From a bacterium (GTDB taxonomy: Bacteria > Sysuimicrobiota > Sysuimicrobiia > Sysuimicrobiales > Humicultoraceae), in NCBI GenBank assembly GCA_041497675.1, contig JBGQGY010000016.1, positions 1 to 40,868 of the forward strand: a DNA stretch of 40,868 bases, in the 5' to 3' direction. Below, piece after piece: positions 40,296-40,868 of this stretch (positions are counted from its first letter, which is position 1; the number at the start of each line of letters is the position of its first letter). A program made the position numbers and the translations under genes. The notes under the pieces are model-generated. The model was not told where the DNA came from, made no database searches, and saw only the letters and a program-made list of their open reading frames with translations.

Positions 40296-40868
40296 TCACG
40301 AAACCTCCAAGCGGCAATAACAGGAGGCGTTGATAGGTACGTCCGCCCGGGCTTTGGCCAGGTCGAGCCGCGCTTCCATCGCCATCGCCTCGGCGTGCTT
40401 GTGCTGCCGGTGCAGACATTCGACGTAGCCGTGAAGGCTCCAGACGTTGTCCGGGTGTTGCGCGGCTCGGCTGAGCGTCGTGTTCAAGCCAAGATCATCG
40501 CGGTATACCTGTTCTGCTTCGGCCACACGGCCTTGCTCCAACAGCAACGCGCCCAGGGCATGCCGGGCGGGCTGCATCCACCCCCACGGTTCGTCGTACG
40601 GCAGGTTGTCGTCGAGAGTCACTGCCTGCCGCAGATGCGCGAAGGCCGGCTCAAAGTGACCCTTGCGGTACTCGAGTTCGCCGTTGAGCATTTCGGCGGC
40701 GATCGCGAGAATATCGGTACACTTGTTGTTGAAAATGTAGCGCGTGTCCGGCACCCTGGCCAACGCGTTCGCAAACTGCTCCGCTTCGGCCTCCGCCGCC
40801 GGAATCTGCCCCGTCGCAGCGAACGCGATGCCCTTCGCGTAGTGCAGCATGGCGGTTGTCACGCAGAA
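40296..40868 (-). CDS. TPR-repeat protein, C-terminal part (5' end beyond the window)
   Basis: Helical repeats, YDEPWGWMQPARHALGALLLEQG, HPDNVWSLHG, terminal ASCYCR. Confidence 0.85.
   Translation of the reverse strand, partial: FCVTTAMLHYAKGIAFAATGQIPAAEAEAEQFANALARVPDTRYIFNNKCTDILAIAAEMLNGELEYRKGHFEPAFAHLRQAVTLDDNLPYDEPWGWMQPARHALGALLLEQGRVAEAEQVYRDDLGLNTTLSRAAQHPDNVWSLHGYVECLHRQHKHAEAMAMEARLDLAKARADVPINASCYCRLEVS

Overview
High-GC bacterial chromosomal window, mostly minus-strand. The Lpt genes indicate a diderm. An Armatimonadota/CSP1-3-like Terrabacteria lineage is my guess only. Left part: partial ftcD, kptA, an ASCH protein, hutH, an isochorismatase, a tRNA(CAU)-tilS-ftsH unit and an Ig-like lipoprotein. 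Next comes a gene run rpoZ > BsuPI-like inhibitor > lptF/G > lptC > very long lptA > lptD > secreted protein > S8 subtilase. Middle: pilT, EamA, Thr/Ser dehydratase, SQR-like flavoprotein, S9 peptidase, aldo/keto reductase, ThDP enzyme, P-loop protein and epimerase. An unlinked 23S-5S rRNA operon (no 16S, no spacer tRNA) follows. Right part: Lrp-domain protein, pepF, msrA, DUF2277, a divergent Memo-like protein, an adenylate-kinase-like protein, thrC, vapBC, a fused oxidoreductase, a hypothetical gene and a partial TPR protein. Three candidates stand out. (1) The 23S leader has a perfect TTGACA-16-TATAAT promoter, a strong SD with a 6-codon uORF, and competing antiterminator/terminator hairpins upstream of boxA, so it may be a translation-coupled attenuator for an unlinked 23S gene. 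(2) A subtilase and a subtilase-inhibitor-like gene bracket an atypical Lpt operon. (3) A recurrent AGG-N18/19-GAA (sigmaH-like) promoter motif precedes at least seven genes. I saw no CRISPR array, IS element or prophage. All calls come from reading the sequence; no searches were run.
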